A DNA stretch of 64,000 nucleotides from the NCBI GenBank assembly GCA_963842945.1, contig CAWJIM010000023.1:352001-416000 (forward strand). Reading direction: 5' to 3'. The notes under the pieces are model-generated. The model made no database searches. It saw only the letters and a list, made by a program, of their open reading frames with translations, and was not told the DNA's origin. This document shows, piece after piece, positions 20,278 through 32,318 of this stretch (the first letter of the stretch is position 1; every line of letters starts with the position of its first letter). The position numbers and the translations under genes are program-made. Source of the stretch: an uncultured Gemmatimonadales bacterium (GTDB lineage Bacteria; Gemmatimonadota; Gemmatimonadetes; Gemmatimonadales; GWC2-71-9).

Positions 20278-20715
20278 ATGAGCTCAAAGCGCGGACGCGA
20301 AGGGAGACTCAAGCCGCAACACGCCAATCTGTATCCTGGGCTGGAGCCGGGGGTCTGGCTGCCGGTCGAGAACCTGATTCGGCACGTTACCCAGCTGATC
20401 TACCAGGACCCGTCACGGCGCCGGGTCATTACCGGGCCACGGCTCTTGCATCAGGAGCACTTCGAATATCGCGGTGCATCGGAACGGCCCGAGGGATTGC
20501 CCGCCAGCGCCAGTCGCCTGAGCGACTCCAGCGCCGAGCCCAGCAGGTTCCCTCCACCCGGACCGAGGCCGATCAGCGGAACCAGAGAGGACCGACTTCA
20601 TGAGCCAACCCCCCCGAGCAGGAGTGCAAGCCGGCCGGCGCGTGCGCGCCGACGTACGGCAGGCGCTCCTCAAGTCGAGCTCCGCCCATCTCTATCCCGG
20701 TATCCCGCCGGGTGA
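20278..20715 (+). CDS. Small hypothetical protein, REAxLK-YP-W-HFEFRG family (copy 3); real end probably near 20600
   Basis: GAGGAG RBS; REGRLKPQHANLYPGLEPGVWLPV...RLLHQEHFEYRG. Confidence 0.82.
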   Translation: MSSKRGREGRLKPQHANLYPGLEPGVWLPVENLIRHVTQLIYQDPSRRRVITGPRLLHQEHFEYRGASERPEGLPASASRLSDSSAEPSRFPPPGPRPISGTREDRLHEPTPPSRSASRPARARRRTAGAPQVELRPSLSRYPAG

Positions 20716-20917
20716 GTGGCAGCCCGCCACTGTCATGGTTCAGCTGGTGTTGGCGCTCAAATCAGCCAACGGTCGTGCTCCCTCGGCCCGCGATCGCATT
20801 CTCGACGGCGACCACTTCGAGTTTCGCGGCCGGCTTTCCGCCGGAGGTCAGGACGACCAGCGCCGAACCCGACTCGAGGAACGGCATGATCGCAAGGAGG
20901 GGACCCTGGACGCGTGA
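20600..20917 (+). CDS. Small hypothetical protein, REAxLK-YP-W-HFEFRG family (copy 4)
   Basis: GAGG RBS; VRQALLKSSSAHLYPGIPPGEWQPA...RILDGDHFEFRG. Confidence 0.82.
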   Translation: MSQPPRAGVQAGRRVRADVRQALLKSSSAHLYPGIPPGEWQPATVMVQLVLALKSANGRAPSARDRILDGDHFEFRGRLSAGGQDDQRRTRLEERHDRKEGTLDA

Positions 20918-20928
20918 CTGCTATCACG
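20913..20928. promoter_or_regulatory. CRP-like operator CGTGA-CTGCTA-TCACG
   Basis: Palindromic GTGA-N6-TCAC upstream of the receiver gene at 21088. Confidence 0.58.
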
Positions 20929-21087
20929 TCCTGAAGTCAGCGCTAGCCCTACGTTCGCCGGGTGAGGCCGGGTGGGGTGGAGGCGGAGTTGTCCGAGTGA
21001 ACAGCAGAGGTGAACCTATGAGAAACACCGTCAGCTCCGGGCCTGACACCACGGGAGGCAATCAGTAGTGCTTGCCCAGGTGGATTC

Positions 21088-21510
21088 ATGACCCTCCTTC
21101 CCGATGTTCGCAGCGCCCCCAGCATTCTCGTAGTCGACGACATGCCGACGGTACGCCGTATGGCGCACCGGCTGTTGACCGAATGGGGCTTCCGGGTATT
21201 CGAAGCCGAGAGCGGCGAAGAGGCGATCGAGGTATTGGAGACGGCAAAGGGGGGAGTCCAGCTGGTCATCGTGGACGTGATTCTTCCGCTTCTCGATGGC
21301 GTCCAGGTAACCCGCCGAATTCAGGAGCGCTGGCCCGGTCAGCGTACGCTCTATATGTCCGCCCACCCGGCCGAGGTGCTGGCCCAGCATGGGCTGACCG
21401 AGCTGAGCGTACCTTTCCTGGCCAAGCCGTTCACCCGCGACGAGCTGCTCACCAAGGTGAGTGAGGCGCTCGCCCGGCCCAGCTCCCCCGCCCAGAGGCC
21501 ACCTCGCTAG
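21088..21510 (+). CDS. Single-domain response regulator (REC)
   Basis: ILVVDDM, LVIVDVILPLLDG, YMSA, AKPFT. Confidence 0.92.
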   Translation: MTLLPDVRSAPSILVVDDMPTVRRMAHRLLTEWGFRVFEAESGEEAIEVLETAKGGVQLVIVDVILPLLDGVQVTRRIQERWPGQRTLYMSAHPAEVLAQHGLTELSVPFLAKPFTRDELLTKVSEALARPSSPAQRPPR

Positions 21511-21656
21511 AGCCCGGCCCTCCCGAGCTCGTGGTCCACAAGCCGGCCCGCGAGTGTCCGGTCAGCGAGCCTCATCCCCCCGACAGCTGCGGCATCGTCA
21601 AGGCACGGCGCGAACGACAGCTGGCGTTGACGTCCGCCTCCCCGGCCCGAACCAAG

Positions 21657-22888
21657 TCACGAGCGAGCCCGGCCCAGGGTGAAGTAAAACGTCGCTCCCT
21701 GCCCCACCAGACCTTCTGCCCATACCTTCCCGCCATGGCGGTGGATGATGCGTTGAACCGTGGCGAGCCCGATGCCGTTCCCGGGAAACTCCTGCTGGGA
21801 ATGCAGCCGCTGAAAGGGGCCGAACAGCCGGGCGGCGTACGTCATGTCGAAGCCGGCCCCGTTGTCGCGGATGAAGTAGGTCGGCTCGCCTGAGGCTCTG
21901 GGTCACCCCGAACTCGATTCGCGGCTCCGCCTGCTTGCCGGTGAACTTCCAGGCGTTCTGCAGCAGGTTCTCCATGGCGATCTTCAACAGCTGGCCGTCC
22001 CCCGTCACCACCACTCCCGGGCGGATCTTCACCTCCACCCGCCGATTCGGCTGGGCTTCCTGCAGCCGGCTCACCACCAGCTCTGCCACCTCGCTGAGGT
22101 CTACGTCCTGGTCCCGCAGGTCGGTCCGGGTAACCCGGGAGAGGTACAGCACGTCGTCGATCAGCTGCGCCATCTGCTGGCTGGCCTCCCGCACCCGGCT
22201 CAGGAACTTGCGCCCCTCGTCGTCCAGCCGTCTTCCCTGACTCTCCAGAATGGCCCGGCTGAAACTGTCGATTCTTCGGAGCGGGGCGCGAAGGTCGTGC
22301 GAAACAGCATAGCTGAAGCTCTCCAGCTCCCGGTTCTTGTGCTCCAGCTCCCGGACCAGCTCGGCGCGGGTCTCGGCCAGCTCCAGCGCCGCCTGCTCGC
22401 TCTCCGCCAGCAGGGCGGCCTGGCGGCGGAGCAGCTCGTTCTTCTTGGCCAGCTCCACGAACACTGCCACCTTGGAGCGCACGAACTCCGGCACCACCGG
22501 CTTGACCAGGTAGTCCACGGCGCCGACGGCGTATCCTCGAACCGCCTGGGTCTGGGTGGTGTCGGCTGCGGTGAGAAAGAGAATCGGGGTATGGCGGGAG
22601 CGGTCGCGCTGCCGGATCAGCGTCGGCGGTCTCGAAGCCATCCATCTCCGGCATCTTCACGTCCAGCAGGATCACGGCAAAATCGTCGCTCAGCAGGCGC
22701 TTCAACGCTTCGCGCCCCGACTCGGCCCGGACCAGGTTCTGCCCGAGATCCTCCAGCATGGCCTCCAGGGCAACCAGGTTGGCGGGCTGGTCGTCGACGA
22801 GGAGGATATTGACCTCGGTCGTCGGTCAGGCGGCTGGCGGGGCGCTTCGCGGTCAGGCACCCGCCGTGGGTCAGCGATCCTCGTCCAT
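21657..22888 (-). CDS. REC-HisKA-HATPase kinase/response regulator, partner of the poly-HAMP kinase; apparent frameshifts
   Basis: [57 protein letters not shown] across frames. Confidence 0.88.
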
Positions 22889-22934
22889 GGGAAGCCGACT
22901 GTCCCCGCCGCCCCGCCTGTCCCCGCCGCCCCGC

Positions 22935-25900
22935 CTATCGGTACAGCCATACTCTCAGCAGCGACAGCAGCTGGTCCATATCGACCGGCTTGGCGATATA
23001 GTCCGACGCGCCGGCCTCGATGCATTTCTCCCGGTCGCCCTTCATTGCCTTGGCCGTGACCGCGATGATGGGAAGGTTGCGGAAGCGCGGCATCTCCCGA
23101 ATGGCGCGCATGGTCTCGTAGCCGTCCATCTCCGGCATCATCACATCCATCAGGACCACGTCGACGTCCGGCGTGTCCTGCAGCCGCGCGATGCCATCCC
23201 TGCCGCTCTCGGCGTAGACCACCTTCATCTCGCTCCGCTCCAGGAAGGTGGTCAGCGCGAAGATGTTGCGCACGTCGTCGTCCACGATCGAGCGCCTTCC
23301 GGCCGGTGAGCGTAGGATCGGTGCGGTGGAGCTGCTCCAGCATCCGCTGCTTCGATTCCGGCAGCCGCGCGGTGACCCGGTGGAGGAAGAGCGCCGTCTC
23401 ATCCAGCAGCCGCTCGGGCGACTGCGCGTCCTTGATCACCACCGATTCCGCCATCCGGCGCAGCTCCGCCTCTTCCCGCTTGGTGAGCTGCTTGCCGGTA
23501 TAGATGATGGTCGGCAGCTTGCGGAGCCCGATCTCGCCCTTGACCCGGGTGATCAGCTGGAAGCCGGTCATATCGGGCAGACCGAGATCGAGCACCATGC
23601 AGTCGAACGCCTCCCGCTGCAGCGCCTCGAGAGCCTCCGCCCCGGTGCTCACCGCGGTGGTGACCACGTCGCCATCGCCGATCAGCTCGGCGATGCTCTG
23701 CTGCTGGGCCTGGTCGTCCTCCACCACCAGCAGCCGCTTGACCGGCCGGTCCACGAAATCGTGCAGCGTGGTGAGCGCCTCGGAGAGCGACTCCTTGGTG
23801 GCCGGCTTGGTCATGAAATCGATCGCGCCCAGCCGGAGCCCTCGCTGCCAGTTCTCCTCCACCGAGATGATGTGCACCGGAATGTGCCGGGTGGAGGCGT
23901 CGTGCTTCAGCCGGTCGAGAATGGTCCACCCGTCGGCGTCGGGCAGCCTCAGGTCGAGAGTGACCGCGGTCGGTTGATATTCCCGGGCCAGAGCCAGGGC
24001 CCGGTCGGCCGACTGGGCCACCAGTCCCTTGAAGCCCCGTTCTCGCGCCAGATCGAGCAGAATCTGGGCGAAGTTGGGGTCGTCCTCCGCGATCAGCAGG
24101 ATGCGATCGCCCTCCTCGACCGTGGCGCGATCGTCGTTGATCGCCCGCTCCACCACCGGAGCGAGCACCACCCGCGAGCTGGCCGTCAGCACCGGCTTCG
24201 GCTCGACCACCAGGCCGATGCCGCTGCTCGTGTCCTCATCCACCGAGGATGTTTCCACCGGCTGCGCCGGATAGATCAACGGCAGGTAGAGGGTAAACGT
24301 GCTGCCCTGGCCCGGCGAGCTCTCGATCCTGATTTCGCCGCCCAGCAGCCGGGTGATCTGCCGGCTGATGGAGAGGCCCAGACCGGTGCCGCCGTACTTG
24401 CGGCTGGTGGTGCCGTCGCCCTGCTGGAAGGCCTCGAAGATGACGCCGTGCTTCTCCTTGGGAATGCCGATACCGGTATCGGTCACCGAGAACGCGATCA
24501 CGGTGTTGGCCGCGTTCAGCATCTCCTGCTCCGGATTCCAGCCCTCCGTCGCCACCCGGGCCCGAAGCGAGACGCTGCCCCGCTCGGTGAACTTGAACGC
24601 GTTGGAGAGGAGGTTCTTGAGCACCTGCTGCAGCCGCTTGGTGTCGGTCTGCAGGGCTGGCGGAAGGCTGGGCTCGAGATGGACGTCGAACTCCAGTCCC
24701 TTGAGGTCGGCCACCTGACGGAAGGTGCTCTCGACGAACTTCCGCACCTCGGCGAAGGAGCACCGTGGTCACGTCCACCGCCATGGTGCCGGATTCGATC
24801 TTCGACAGGTCGAGAATGTCGTTGATCAGGTCGAGCAGGTCGGAGCCCGGAGCTGTGGATGGTCTGGGCGAAACCCGACCTGCTTGCTGGTGAGATTCCC
24901 GTCGGCGTTCTCGCTCAGGATCTGGGAGAGAATCAGCAGGCTGTTGAGCGGGGTCCTGAGCTCGTGCGACATGTTGGCCAGGAACTCGGACTTGTACTTG
25001 GAGATCAGGGCGAGCTGCTCCGCCTTTTCCTCCAGCGCCACCTTGGCCTGCTCCACCTCCTTGTTCTTCTGCTCCACCTCCGCCTTCTGGCCGGCCAGCA
25101 GGTGGGCCTTTTCCTCCAGCTCCAGGTTGGTCTTCTGCAGCTCGTCCTGCTGGTTGCGGAGCAGGTCTTCCGATTTCTGCAGCGAGCGGGTCTGCTGTTC
25201 CAGCCGCTTGTTGGTCTCGGTGAGCGCTTCCTGCTGGGACTGGAGGCCCTCGGTGAGCGCCTGCGACTGCTTGAGCAGCTCCTCGGTCCGCATGTTGGCT
25301 TCGATGGTGTTGAGCACGATGCCGATGCTCTCCGCCAGCTGCTCCAGGAAGGTGAGCCGGATCTCGTCGAACTGGTCGAAGGTGGCCAGCTCGAGCACCG
25401 CCTTGACCTCGCCCTCGAACAGCACCGGCAGCACCACGATGCTGCGGGGCGGTGCCCCGCCCAGGCCGGAGCTGATCTGGATGTAGTCCTGGGGAACCTG
25501 GTTGATGGCCAGCATCCGTCCCTCGACGGCGCACTGGCCGACCAGCCCTTCGCCCAGCCGGAACTCGCTGGAGACGTGCTTGCGGTCGTTGTAGGCGTAG
25601 CTGGCCAGCAGCTTGAGCGTGGCCTCTTCACCGGTCGGGCTCGACCACGTAGAAGACGCCGTGGTGGGCAGTGACCAGCGGCGCCAGGTCCGACAGAATC
25701 AGCTGGGAGACGGCGCCGAGGTCGCGCTGGCCCTGCAGCATCCGGCTGAACTTGGCCAGGTTGGTCTTGAGCCAGTCCTGCTCCATGTTCTTCCGCGTGG
25801 TGTCGCGGAGGTTCCGGATCATCTCGTTGATGTTGTCCTTGAGCTCGGCCACCTCGCCCTGGGCCTCGACCGCGATCGACCGGGTCAGGTCGCCCTTGGT

Positions 25901-28900
25901 CACCGCGGTGGCCACTTCGGCGATGGCGCGGACCTGGGTGGTGAGGTTGGCGGCGAGCTGATTCACGTTGCCGGTCAGGTCGCGCCAGATGCCGGCGGCT
26001 CCCGGCACCCGGGCCTGGCCGCCCAGCTTGCCGTCGATGCCGACCTCGCGGGCCACGTTGGTGACCTGATCGGCAAAGGTGGCCAGCGTCTCCGTCATCC
26101 AGTTGATGGTGTCGGCCAGCGTGGCGATCTCGCCCTTCACCTCCACCCGGAGCTGCTGCTTCAGGTCGCCGTTGGCCACGGCGGTCACCACCTTGGCGAT
26201 GCCGCGCACCTGGGCCGTCAGGTTGGCCGCCATGGAGTTGACGTTGTCGGTCAGGTCCTTCCAGACGCCGGCGACTCCGGTCACCTGGGCCTGGCCGCCC
26301 AGGGTTCCCTCGGTACCGACCTCGCGGGCCACGCGGGTCACTTCGGAGGCGAACGAGTTGAGCTGGTCCACCATGGTGTTGACGGTGTTCTTCAGCTCGA
26401 GGATTTCGCCCTGCACGTCCACCGTGATCTTCTTGTTCAGCTCGCCGCGGGCCACCGCGGTGGTCACGTCGGCGATGTTACGGACCTGGGCCGTCAGGTT
26501 GCCGGCCATGTAGTTCACGTTGTCGGTCAGGTCCTTCCAGGTGCCGGCCACGCCCTTCACGTAAGCCTGGCCGCCGAGCTTTCCTTCGGTGCCGACTTCT
26601 CGCGCCACGCGGCTCACTTCGGAGGCGAAGGCGTTGAGCTGGTCCACCATCGTATTGATGGTGTCCTTCAGCTCCAGAATTTCGCCCTTCACGTCCACCG
26701 TGATCTTCTTCGACAGGTCGCCGTTGGCCACCGCGGTGGTGACCTGGGCGATGTTCCGGACCTGGGCGGTCAGGTTGCCGGCCATGGAGTTCACGTTATC
26801 GGTCAGGTCCTTCCAGACACCGGCGACGCCGGTCACCTGGGCCTGGCCGCCGAGCCTGCCTTCGGTACCGACTTCGCGGGCGACGCGGGTCACTTCCGAC
26901 GCGAAGGAGTTGAGCTGGTCCACCATGGTGTTGATGGTGTTCTTGAGCTCCAGAATCTCGCCTTTCACGTCGACGGTGATCTTCTTGTTGAGCTGTCCCA
27001 GCGCCACCGCCGTCGTCACGTCGGCGATGTTACGCACCTGAGCCGTGAGGTTGCCGGCCATCGAGTTCACGTTGTCGGTCAGGTCCTTCCAGGTGCCGCC
27101 GACGCCCTTCACCTGAGCCTGGCCGCCCAGCTTGCCTTCGGTGCCGACTTCACGGGCCACGCGGGTCACTTCCGACGCGAAGGAGTTGAGCTGGTCCACC
27201 ATCGTGTTGATGGTGTTCTTGAGCTCGAGAATCTCGCCCTTCACGTCTACCGTGATCTTCTTGTTCAGCTCACCCCGGGCGACCGCCGTGGTCACCTCGG
27301 CGATGTTCCGGACCTGAGCCGTCAGGTTGCCGGCCATCGAGTTCACGTTGTCGGTCAGGTCCTTCCAGGTGCCGCCGACGCCCTTCACCTGAGCCTGGCC
27401 GCCCAGCTTGCCTTCGGTACCGACTTCACGGGCGACGCGGGTCACTTCCGACGCGAAGGAGCTCAGCTGGTCCACCATCGTATTGATGGTGTTCTTGAGC
27501 TCGAGGATCTCGCCTTTCACGTCGACGGTGATCTTCTTCGAAAGGTCGCCGTTCGCGACCGCGGTGGTCACGTCGGCGATGTTGCGGACCTGGCCGGTCA
27601 GGTTCCCGGCCATCGAGTTCACGTTGTCGGTCAGGTCCTTCCAGGTACCGCCGATACCACGGACCTGGGCCTGACCGCCCAGCTTGCCCTCGGTACCGAC
27701 CTCGCGGGCCACGCGGGTGACCTCGGAGGCGAAGGAGCTCAGCTGGTCCACCATGGTGTTGATGGTGTTCTTGAGCTCGAGGATTTCGCCCTGCACGTCC
27801 ACCGTGATCTTCTTGGACAGGTCGCCGTTGGCCACTGCCGTGGTGACGTCGGCGATGTTTCGGACCTGCGCCGTCAGGTTACCGGCCATCCAGTTGACGT
27901 TGTCGGTCAGGTCCTTCCAGGTGCCGCCCACGCCGGTCACCTCGGCCTGGCCGCCGAGCTTGCCTTCGGTGCCGACCTCGCGGGCGACGCGGGTCACCTC
28001 TGAGGCGAAGGAGCTCAGCTGGTCCACCATGGTGTTGATGGTGTTCTTGAGCTCCAGGATCTCGCCCTGCACGTCGACCGTGATCTTCTTGTTCAGCTCG
28101 CCTCGGGCCACCGCGGTGGTGACTTCGGCGATGTTTCGGACCTGCGCGGTCAGGTTCCCGGCCATGCTGTTCACGTTGTCGGTCAGGTCCTTCCAGGTGC
28201 CGGCCACGCCCTTCACCTGGGCCTGGCCGCCCAGCTTTCCTTCGGTGCCGACTTCGCGGGCGACGCGGGTCACTTCCGAGGCGAAGGAGTTGAGCTGGTC
28301 CACCATGGTGTTGATGGTGTTCTTGAGCTCGAGGATTTCGCCCTTCACGTCGACCGTGATCTTCTTGGACAGGTCGCCGTTGGCCACGGCCGTGGTTACG
28401 TCGGCGATGTTTCGGACCTGCGCCGTCAGGTTGCCGGCCATGCAGTTGACGCTGTCGGTCAGGTCCTTCCAGGTGCCGCCCACGCCCCTCACGTACGCCT
28501 GACCGCCCAGCTTGCCTTCGGTACCGACTTCGCGGGCCACTCGGGTCACTTCGGATGCGAAGGAATTCAGCTGGTCCACCATCGTGTTGATGGTGTTCTT
28601 GAGCTCGAGAATTTCCCCTTTGACGTCGACGGTGATCTTCTTGGAGAGGTCGCCGTTGGCGACGGCGGTGGTGACCTGGGCGATGTTTCGGACCTGGGCG
28701 GTCAGATTGCCGGCCATGCTGTTCACGTTGTCGGTCAGGTCCTTCCAGGTGCCGCCCACGCCCTTCACCCTGGCCTGCCCGCCGAGCTTGCCCTCGGTGC
28801 CGACTTCGCGGGCCACGCGGGTGACCTCGGAGGCAAACGAGCTGAGCTGGTCCACCATCGAGTTCACCGTCTTGCCGATCCGGAGGAACTCGCCCATGAG

Positions 28901-29371
28901 CGGCCGGCCCTCGATGTCGAGCGACATCGACTGCGACAGGTCTCCCCGGGCCACGGCGCCGATGACGCGGGCCACTTCGCTGGTGGGCTGAACCAGATCG
29001 CCGATCAGGGTGTTGACCGAGTTGACCGACGCCGCCCAGGCTCCGGCCGCCCCGTGGAGGTGCGCCCGCTGGGTGATCTTGCCTTCCTTACCGACCGCCT
29101 TGCTCACCCGCTCGAATTCCCGAGCGGTCTCCCGGTTGAGATCGATGATGTCGTTCAGGGCGTCGGAGATCTTTCCCGCGAGGCCTACCTGAGAGACCGG
29201 CATCTTGACGGAGAAATCGCCCTTGCGAACCGCGATAAGAACCGCAAGCAGTTGATCGGTGTCCAGTACATCGGAACCGGCTTGGACGGCAAGGCGACTA
29301 TTCGCCCGGCGCTTGGACTTACGCCCGTTGCCGGTCGTGCGACCGTTCACGGTCGACTGTTCAGTCGGCAT
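22935..29371 (-). CDS. Giant cytoplasmic poly-HAMP hybrid histidine kinase (HAMP array, GAF, HisKA, HATPase, 3 REC), Nik1/group III-like; apparent frameshifts near 25630, 24870, 24750 and 23295
   Basis: About 12 tandem 92-aa units ([28 protein letters not shown]), [33 protein letters not shown], three receiver domains. Confidence 0.94.
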
Positions 29372-29441
29372 GGAAACTCCTGAAGGGCCTGATTCTGAAG
29401 CAGGGGGTGGGCAAAGTTGTGTAAGCTCCGCGAGAGGCGGC

Positions 29442-29457
29442 TGTGAGGCAGGTCACA
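29442..29457. promoter_or_regulatory. Perfect CRP-consensus core TGTGA-GGCAGG-TCACA
   Basis: Lies in the divergent promoter region between the poly-HAMP kinase (start 29371) and the REC-PAS kinase (start 29597). Confidence 0.68.
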
Positions 29458-29596
29458 TGGTGTAGAAAAAGCTTAGCCGGCGGCTGGCGCTTGACTTAAT
29501 GCCGGCAGTGAACACACTTCAGACTGACCTCTTAAAGATAAACAGCGGGCGGGGAGTTGGTACCCAACCCTCTGCTCTTGCCTCAGCCCGGCCCTG

Positions 29597-31943
29597 ATGC
29601 TGCCAGATCCGCTCCGCATACTCATCCTGGAAGACGTGCCGATGGACGCCGAGCTGGTGGAGTATGAGCTCGAGCGGGCCGGGGTCCCGTTCATGTCCCA
29701 GCGGGTGGATACCCGGGACGGTTTCCTGCAGGAGCTGGACGGCTTTCAACCTCACGTGATCCTGTCGGACTACACCCTTCCCCAATTCGATGGGATGAGC
29801 GCGCTCTCGCTGGCCCGGGAGCGCGCCCCCAGCAATTCCCTTCCTGATCGTCACCGGATCGGTCAACGAGGAGACCGCCGTCGGCTGCATGAAGGCCGGC
29901 GCGACGGATTATCTGCTGAAGAGCAATCTGGCCCGGATCGGTCCGGCCATCGAAGCGGCGCTGGAGCGCGAGAGAGCGCGCGCGGAAAAAATCAGAGCCG
30001 AGTCGGCACTGGCCGCCAGCGAGCGAAGGTTCCGCTCGCTGGTGCAGAACTCCTCGGACCTGGTGACCATCGTCGCTCCCAACGGCTCGATCCTCTACGC
30101 CAGCGATTCGGCCGAACGGATCGTGGGCTACTCCCCCGCCGCGCTCGTCGGCACCAGCCTGATGGACTACGTCGCCCCAGACGACGCGGAGCCGATGCGA
30201 GCCTTGCTGCAGAACGGCGACAGCGCACCCAGCGAGACCGGTCCCCTCGAGTTCTGCCTCCGCCGGAGCGACGGCACCCCGGTGTGGCTCGAGGCGGTGG
30301 GTACCAACCTGCTGACCGACCCCACCATTCGGGGCATCGTGCTCAATGCCCGGGACGTGAGCGAGCGGAAGCGGGCCGATACCGCTCTGAGAGAGAGCGA
30401 GGAGCGCTACCGCGATCTGTTCGACAATGCCAGCGATCTGGTCTGCATGGTGGATCCAGCCGGCGTGCTGCTCTACGCCAACCATGCCTGGCAGCAGGGG
30501 ACGGGCTATGGCGCAGACGAGATCGGGAACCTGCAGCTTTCCGACATTCTTCACCCCGACAGCCGGCAGCACTATGCCGGCGTGATCGAGCGGGTGCTCG
30601 CCGGCGAGCGCCTGGACCACGTCGAGCTGGTGTTCGTCCCCAAGTCCGGACCGCCGATTACGGTCGAGGGTAACCTGAGCTGCACCTTCAAGGACGGGAG
30701 CCCATCAGGTATTCGGGGGATCTACCGCGATGTCACCGAGCGGAAGAAAATCGAGGAGCATCTCCGGCGGGCCGAGCGGATGCAGGCGGCCGGTAAGCTC
30801 GCGGGAGGCGTGGCTCACGAAGTGAACAACATGATGACGGGCGTGATCGGGTTCAGTGAATTCGTCATCCGCAGCTTCGACCAGGACGATCCCCGCCGCA
30901 GTGACATGGAAGAGGTGATCCGGGCCGCCAGCCGGGCGGCCGACGTCACCCGCCAGCTCCTCGCCTTTACCCGGCAGCAGTATCTGCAGCCGCGGATGGT
31001 CGACATCAACGCCGTGGTCCTCGATATGGAGAAGATGCTGCGCCGCTCCCTGGGCGAGGACAAGCACCTGGAGCTCCGGCTGGCTCCCCAGCTGGGCCAG
31101 ATCCGCGCCGACCGGGGGCAGCTGGAGCAGGTACTCATCAACCTGGTCCTGAACGCCCGTGACGCATTGACCGACCATGGCCGGGTGACCATCGAAACCA
31201 GCAGCACGGTGTGGGACGCCGCGTACGGCGAGCGCCACGGCGGGGTCGAGACCCCGCTGGGACACTACGTCATGCTCGCGGTGAGCGACAACGGCTGCGG
31301 CATGGACGCCGAGGTGCAGGCTAGAATCTTCGAGCCCTTCTTTACCACCAAGCCGGTGGGACAGGGCACCGGCCTCGGCCTATCGACCGTTTACGGCATT
31401 GTGAAGCAGAGCGGCGGCTTCATTTGGGCGTACAGTGAGCCGGCCCAGGGCACCGTCTTCAAGGTCTACCTTCCGGAGACGGTGGCCCCGGAGCACGGAA
31501 AGGTCACTCACGAGCCGGGCCACGACGTCGTAGCCGAGCATGGGGTCGAAAGCGTGCTGGTGATCGAGGACGAGGACGTGGTGAGGAACCTGGCCATCCG
31601 CGGCCTCAGAGATCATGGCTACACCGTGATCGAGGCCAGGAATGGGGTCGAAGCCCTGGACTACCTGAAGCGGTATCCCGGGAGCATCGATCTGGTTATC
31701 TGCGACGTGGTCATGCCGGAGATGGGAGGACGGGAGTTTGGGCAGCGTCTGGCCCTGCTCGAACCGGACCTTCCGATCCTTTTCATGTCGGGGTATACCG
31801 GTGAGGATGTGGTGCAGCGGGGGTTACTGGACCCGGGCGCCTCTTTTCAGCAAAAGCCCTTCACTCCGGGAATTCTGGCCACCAAGGTCAGATCCATGCT
31901 GGACCAGCGGCCGCAGACCCGGGTCCGGGAAGTCTCCCACTAA
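29597..31943 (+). CDS. Hybrid kinase REC-PAS-PAS-HisKA-HATPase-REC; apparent frameshift near 29830
   Basis: [20 protein letters not shown], two [27 protein letters not shown]-terminal REC. Confidence 0.92.
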
Positions 31944-31956
31944 ATACCCTTAACCA

Positions 31957-32190
31957 TCACGCCGATTGCGATTTCGCTTCGCTCTCGGCGGGACGAAACT
32001 CCAGGTGCTCCGCCCGCAGGGTGACAAACCCGCGCGGCGTTGCCAGCCGGGCCAGCCGTTCTCCCGCCATGTTCACCATGCGTTGGGTAACGCCAGGAAA
32101 GATCGGCACCACCTGATACCAAATCTTCGGATCGAGGTCCAGATACCTGCGCCGGTGTTCGTCCTTGAGTCGGGCCTGCACTCCGGGCAT
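31957..32190 (-). CDS. Small hypothetical protein, divergent member of the REAxLK-YP-W-HFEFRG family (copy 5)
   Basis: GGAG RBS; VQARLKDEHRRRYLDLDPKIWYQV...LRAEHLEFR. Confidence 0.72.
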   Translation of the reverse strand: MPGVQARLKDEHRRRYLDLDPKIWYQVVPIFPGVTQRMVNMAGERLARLATPRGFVTLRAEHLEFRPAESEAKSQSA

Positions 32191-32220
32191 TTGTGCTCCG
32201 AAAGCGGGGAAGTCGGGAGT

Positions 32221-32318
32221 GGGGAAGACGGGAAGGGCGGGGTGAAGGAATATAAGGTGCCAGGCCTAGCCGCCCAAGTCGCAAACTTTCCCCGTCCTTC
32301 CCGTCTTTCCCGTCCTTC
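32221..32318. repeat. Inverted tandem 9-mer element, same family as 1452-1581
   Basis: GGGAAGACGGGAAGGGCGGGG ... CCCGTCCTTCCCGTCTTTCCCGTCCTTC, immediately after the acnA stop. Confidence 0.8.

Noticed and set aside
22898..22938. 18-bp tandem duplication CTGTCCCCGCCGCCCCGC between the two kinase genes
   Set aside because: Only two copies and no inverted partner; it may be related to the 9-mer elements but is too weak to call separately
25613..28003. Long antisense ORFs (this 796-aa one, also 3425-4795, 8821-10383, 23248-24825, 58659-59726)
   Set aside because: They are shadow frames of well-supported genes in high-GC DNA, with no motifs of their own
25800..29230. 276-bp repeats as a DGR template/variable pair or an assembly duplication
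   Set aside because: All are in-frame HAMP units with synonymous divergence; there is no reverse transcriptase and no evident adenine-specific variation
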